From: the human T2T-CHM13v2.0 reference genome, Homo sapiens
Direction: 5' to 3' (one strand)
DNA length: 64,000 nt
NCBI RefSeq assembly: GCF_009914755.1
Contig: NC_060928.1
In this document: positions 57,780 through 64,000 of the stretch, in pieces
Layout of the letters: every line of letters starts with the position of its first letter
Position numbering within the stretch: the first letter of the stretch is position 1
Notes under the pieces: generated by a model
What the model saw: the letters and a program-made list of their open reading frames with translations, nothing else
The model's database searches: none
What the model was told of the DNA's origin: nothing
Program-made: the position numbers and the translations under genes

Positions 57780-58800
57780 AAGAGGAACTAACTGGGGGGA
57801 AGAGATGCTGAAGGGCTAAAGCAGAGCAAAGATCCTGAGAAGCCAGAGTCAGCTCTTGGGTCAAAGGCAAACTTGCAGAGTGGATTGAGGGCTGGGCCAC
57901 AGTCGGGGAGGAAGATGGCATGTTTGCTAAGGATGTGCTTTAAACACCACTATGTTCACATTATTCTCTTAAGCGAAGACATAGGTCATTGGAAGGAATA
58001 AGTGGGAAGCTTGGTGTGTCTTCTATGCTTTCCCTGTCATTGGGACTTGATGCATACAACTCTTCGTGAACATAGAAGCGTTTGTAGACCTCTTGGGCTC
58101 ATGTAAATCATATCCTCATGTAGGGATGAGTGATAAAACACAATAAATTACACAATGTGAGCATGAGATATGGGGCCTTGCAGGGACACAGCCAAGAAGA
58201 CTTGCAGCTCAGGGGCATCTTCTACTGCACATAAGTGCAGCTCATTGTGCTGGTGTGCACCCACAGGCTCACTTTACTGCATTTTTAATTTGTATGGTGG
58301 CTTTTGGTTAGAGGAATTCTGCAAGTCATACAACAAACATGCAGAGGGTGACCTCAGATAGTAAGAAGTATCACTATTAAATGGTTTGTAACAAATTTGA
58401 GTTTGTAACAAATTTGCTCTTCCAGCTGGGAAACTTTAAGGAACCCTAGTTTACAATGCTTGATATACTAGTTCAGGCTGTTCTCATAGAACCCTGTTTG
58501 CGTTATCCTTCTTGTGACTTAGTCTGCATGCTACGCCTGTGGAATTCATAGGCTGATGATTTGAGATAATTTAGCTCTGGTGTTAAACCAGGTTTAGAAC
58601 CTAGTTACCTGATCTTTTGTGTTTTTCATATACACTAAATTTACATAAGCAGAATATGTATGGATATCTTTTCAGGTCTCACAGAAGATATACCAGTGCA
58701 GAGAAAAATGACTGAATTCCAAGCCCCTCACTGATGGGAAGATAGATATTTGGCATCTTCTCTACCCTGACCAGTTTGGTGGCTGTGTGTTGGGATCCTT
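57780..58800 (+). pseudogene. EBLN lineage b, copy 4
   Basis: Colinear with copies 1-3 (cagggacacagc, ctgcac..gtgcag, gcagagggtgacctca). Confidence 0.55.
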
Positions 58801-59289
58801 TCTGGCCTCCCTGAATGTATAAAGCCAGCTCTTGGACTCTATCTAGACCACTGGTAAACCCACAGAGGGCAAGGCTTTTCCTGAATTCAGGAGGTAGAAC
58901 CAACTTTGGCTTTCAAGACATTTGTCTGCTTGGACTGGACAGGTGAAAGACACAAAAATTCCCTCAGTGAGGAGCCAGCACTAGGCAGGAAACAAGGAAA
59001 AGAGGATAAAATACGTATCTAGGATGACAAAACACTGGAAGAAATGACTAGAAGTTAGAATGAAGCATGTCACATGTGAGACAAGCCAGCAATGGGCAGA
59101 AAACTACTTCAGGGGAATCTAGGTTAGTTTCTCGATACCTAGCATATTGTTCTCAGGAATATCTTTAACCTTCTAGTTGGTTCAATTGCCTCAGTTTCCT
59201 TTTATCCTTGAAAGCTTGTATCCAGATGACTATATGCTTTGGTTTAAGGTCTCTGTTTATGATAACTGGTGACCAGAGGGCTCCCCAGG

Positions 59290-59324
<35 letters not shown>

Positions 59325-59399
59325 ACAAAGACCATTGTAATGCATGTCAGAGGGGCAGTCAGTGTAGATCTGCCAGTCCTTCTTCAGATTCATTGCTGA

Positions 59400-61290
59400 A
59401 TTCCCTGGACACATTGCTTCATGACACATTGCTGGGTTACTTGTAACTCAAAAACATAAGCATGAGGGAGTCGAAGCTGTGGGAGGCATAAAGTACAGAG
59501 AGGCCTTGCTGGATGATGAGTGGTCTCTGACACAAAGAGTAGTACAGTTAGAGAAGTGGAAAGACAATGGAACAGGACCCTGAGTCTCCAGGGATGGCAA
59601 GTTGTGGGAGAGTAAACACATGGTAGATAAAGCCTAGTAAGTAAAGCTGGATACGTTGTTTTAAGGAATGAACTCTCTCTTATCTGCTGCTTCATTGCCT
59701 TCTGTTCACAGTCATGTACTTCAGCTTATAGATTTTCTGGGGTGGCATATTATAGTCTCCCATGGTGTGTTAAAACTATGTTTCTTTTCCTTCCCCCATT
59801 GTCTTTGATCTCTTCATCTTTATCCTCTTAGCACATTCAAGGCATAGCATATTCTAGGTCTGGGGATGGGAAAGTGCAGGTTGGTAACAGAAGTTCTCCT
59901 GAGACTGACATGCATGAAACTAGGTAAACCCAATCCTTTATGTCTGTGGAAAGGGGTTTGCTGTGGACCATACACCATCACCTGATCTAGAAAGTTGCAT
60001 CAAGAAGTCTTCTTAAGAAGGAATGAAATGTGAATCTATAGCCTTAGTGTGACTAGGTCTTGCAGTCATTCTTGCATGTGGTGCCAACATGACGTCCCGA
60101 GCTGATATTGTAACCTCAAATCTATTAGTCCCTTCCCCTACTCATCTTTTTTGAAGCCTTGCTGTTTTGTTCACTGCCAATCAAATAAGACTACAATTTG
60201 GCCCCCTGTGTTTCAGGAGTACCCTTCATACCTCCACCATGAGCCTCACACATAGTTTTGCTTTCTGTAAGCAGAGGCACAAGTCTCTGACAAACCTGTT
60301 TTCTGTCCATTGGTCATCAGAGTAAATTGTTGGCACCAGTTCTGCAAAATGTTGTACCTCATCTTTTCACTTTATTGGTGGGGGGCAAAACATTTGGCAA
60401 GTGGGGATTGGTATTTTATGACTTGGTTTTGGACAAACTTTGATTTACTCATTTGAGGAAGATAAACTTTGTCTAGGCTTCTTTAGCTTAACATCTGCAG
60501 TTGAAGAAACACTAGGTTCTGTTTTCTCAGGTTCCTCTTTGACTAGAACCAATGTGAAAATCCAATTTTCCTTGAAATTCTTGCTGCTGTGGTTGAGTCT
60601 GACATTCAGAAAAAAACAAGTCAGTTAACAATGTTTGGTAGAAGCTTTAAATGAAATGGCAGCAGCATGCACACTGGAGGATTAGCTGAGTGGCATCATG
60701 ATAAAGAACATATTTTGACAGTTATGTGGGTCCCAGTCAGTCTGAATTCAACAATCCTTTAATCAAAACACATGAATCCTGCACTCTGGTCAGTCTGGGT
60801 TCCTCTGGCCGCTTTTGTTCTGGATGTTCATTGATGAGGTGCTCTGTGAGGCATAAATGGAAGCCATAAGTAGAGAGCCTCACCAAGGAAAGTCATGACT
60901 TCACTTGAGTCAAGGGTAGAAAGATACTGCTCATAGTAGAACATAAGAACAGAACTGGGATCCAAAATAATTGGCCCAGAGCAAATGGGAGGTAGTAACT
61001 TGACAAATCTTGAAATACTAGGATTGGAAGAGGGTAAGGATTATTGTTTGGAAGAAAGAATTCGTATACCTCAGATATCACATCGATGTGGAGTACAGTT
61101 ACTATCCATCATGTTAGGGTAATAGAGGAATGGGCCTAGTCATCTCCCTGACTTAGATGGTCTCCCTTTGAATGGAGTAGCCTTCGGAGTGTCTAAGGGA
61201 TATTCAAGCTTGCTTTCACGCCTGAATTTAGTGTATCCGTTTTAATTAAAATGAAACATCTTGACTGCTAGCTTTTGTCCTCTTATATGC
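59400..61290 (-). pseudogene. EBLM-EBLG lineage 1, copy 2 (no EBLN insert)
   Basis: Colinear with 27700-30700 without the 1.1 kb insert. LHIDV and VFQDLSSYYLPFAL (ORF 60893-61081). Confidence 0.6.
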
Positions 61291-64000
61291 AGATACCAAA
61301 GTGGGATTGGATGTTCAAAAGCTTTGAGGGTGGGAAGAAAGCCCGGGGACAGAAATTGAGGAGGGAGCTGGAGGAGTCTGGGAGGATCAAACCACAATGC
61401 ATGCACGTCTTACCGTCTCAAGGAAAGAAGAAAGGTCAGGTAGGAAGTGGCTTAGACTGAGGAGTACAATACTAAGTGTTTTGGCAAAGCAGATGGCAAG
61501 TCCCAGGGCCCAACTTGCCCACTGGGAGTTCCAAGTGTCCTAAATGAGCCTGCCATAGTCTCCCAGCTGCACTGAAGCATCAGCTGGAAGCAGCATTTAG
61601 GAAGTGTGGTGTTCTAATGGACCCACAGTTGGCCCCTGTGCTGCACAGATCTACTTCCCTACACCAGTTCACAGAGCAGTGACTCCATGTCCACAGGCCT
61701 CTATTTTTGAGAGGAAACTTATACAGGAAGATGTTAGGGGAAGAAATGCAACTGCTGTGGCTGAAGTGGGTCTTGGCTCACAACTACTTCTCTTCCACCA
61801 CCAAAATCCACCCTGAATTCCCTTTGCACTCAGCTATCGCCTCAGCTGAGGATTGGTGCTGATCTGGTGGTGTGATCCACACCTTCATCCTGAGGTATTT
61901 CAACCTCTAGTGAATAGATGCTTAAGATAGGGCTACTTAATGCCCCAGTTACAATGGGACGAGAAATAAGATACTCAAGTGGAATACTTGGGTTCCATTC
62001 ATGTTCTTTACTGCTCCAGGGTGCCTAGTCTCCTGCTGGTCATTCTGTTGCCCTGCCACAAGGATGACTCAAAGTGACCAGTAACTCACTTGAAGCAGTA
62101 GAAAATGAGACCATTTTTCCTTCTCAACTGTAGGTTGCAGCATCCCTGTAATCATTCTACTGGGGATACAGCACCTCTGTAATGTACTATGGCATCATGA
62201 AGAAGGGCACTCCAAACTCTGAGCACATTCACTCAGTGCTGCTGCATGGCTTTCTGAGTCTCTCAGTGCTGAAGTCACCTGATTCAGAATGATGTTGTAT
62301 GATACCAGGTTACCTCATGATTAGGAGCCCATTCTGTACCACTTCTTTCTGATTCCAATTTATTGGTGACATGTCTGTGTGGAATTGCATGCCTGTGGAA
62401 GGAGCATTGCAAATGATCCCAGATAGTAGTGGTGGTAGAGATTCCTCAAGGAAGAAAGGGACATTCATAGTAAGATAGTTGTCTATTCCTGTGAGTCTAT
62501 ATGGCTGACTCTTTTAGAATAGAAATGGCTCAATGTAATCAACTTGCTAACAAGTGGTTTTTTGGTCTCCTTATCAGGGTGCTATATGGGGATGCAACAT
62601 TTGTCTAAAGAGCTGCACATTCAGAGTTACTAGACTGTCTCTAGAAATTGGCATTACATGCTGTTGGGCACCTGTGTAGCCTCCATGTCTGTTGCCACTA
62701 TAGCCTGTATTCATTTGCTAGTTGGCTGATAACTGGCAGTCATTTTGTTTGGGTGGCTCGGTGAGTTTCTGTGGTTGGTGCTCTGTAGTGAGTCTTCACA
62801 TGTGAAATGAAATTTACATGTCTACATGAACACACCTTTTCAGGGTTCTTTGTCTGACTTTGCAGTCCATTTGCATCTGGTCTACTGGTCAAGTGGTCTG
62901 GCCATGGGCCTCTGTTGTAGATTCATAGCAGATTAATTTGAGCTGTCAATTACTTTCCTCAAAGATGAGGGCCTGGGAGGCATTTTTATTGGTGTCATAG
63001 CCATAGAGCATAGCCAAGAGGCTTTAGAATTGGAAATAGTGTTCTCACTTAGCAATTTAACAAGTATGTCTTTCTTAATCCCAAAGTGGTACTAGTTTTG
63101 CTGATATAAGCTAAAACTCATAAAGAATATTGCTGTATGACTTAGGCATATACCTGCTTTGGTGTCTTGGCCCTTCTAATAAGGAGATGAAAAATATGTT
63201 GGAAATACATTTGGATTCTCAAAGTTGAAAGCAGGCTGGCCCTGGTATTCCCAGTACTGGTCAGTAATGCTTTGGCTTGCTCACAAAACCTTGAGCCAAG
63301 GGTCAAGACAATGAGGAAGAAATACCCATCTGTGTTGTGCTGAGGATGGTGGCAGAAATAGGTTTCTTGCTCAGATGGTATCTTCTCACTTCAAGCCCTC
63401 TTCCTTTGGAAAAAGTGAAACTTCCTTTCATTGTTCTTGTCTTTAGGATGGGATTGAAATCTGCTGTGAGTTTAGACCTTTATCTGTTTCACAAGACTCC
63501 CTGTATTGAGTTGAACATGAAGACTCATCTTTCCCAGTTCCCTAATAAGAGTTCCCAGGCTTAAAGCTCTATGAGAGGTATGTCCAAACACACTCAGGCT
63601 TGTAGGATGTATAAGAGCTTTGCCTTCTAGCCCCTTGTCTCAATGTCCCCAATTTGTATGCAGAGTTAAACTATGTCACAAGATTCCTAGTTTATAGACA
63701 GGCCTATAATTGAGTGATGGGGGATGGGGGGGCTTGACCTGCCAACTACGGCAGTCACCTGCATGTTCTAGGGGAGTGGCTATGCCTGCATGTTCTGGGG
63801 GAGTGCTAGTGAGCCATATTTGGTGTTATGGGTTATGGAATAGGATATCACTGTTCTGTGGCACAGCTATACATTCTATATTTTGCTTCTAAATTGATCA
63901 TCTTTTATATTGTGGGGCAGGCAAGTGTGTAAGTTAGAGCCTTGACCTTGGTAAAGGTTGCTTGGCACTTGGCACTTTGTTTTTTGGGGAACCAAGAGTT

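Overview
Primate (human-like), CpG-poor intergenic DNA with no intact host gene. Bases 1-23250 are mostly nested retroelements. A THE1 element is split by a full-length L1PA. An L1-retroposed (R-to-R, polyA, TSD) MER61/HUERS-P-like ERV holds an LTR10/HERV-I provirus, which in turn holds a 5'-truncated L1. The rest is an old, diverged tandem duplication of about 2.5 units (~7410-38870 excluding the ERV, 38870-53170, 53170->64000). Translating the non-transposon DNA of these units by hand and comparing it with Borna disease virus proteins recalled from memory suggests it is largely decayed endogenous bornavirus-like elements (EBLs). I see several independent nucleoprotein (EBLN) lineages on both strands, an M-G cassette, a P-G cassette and a possible N-P read-through, about 20 segments in all. 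The best-supported element is a 1.1 kb EBLN at ~27985-29070, inserted into an older EBLG. My main hypothesis is that this is a repeatedly loaded and amplified RNA-virus sequence archive, possibly a piRNA cluster, with a gene-converted LTR promoter, p53 elements and CTCF motifs. All viral assignments are by-eye alignments across stops and frameshifts and need tBLASTn/HMM confirmation.
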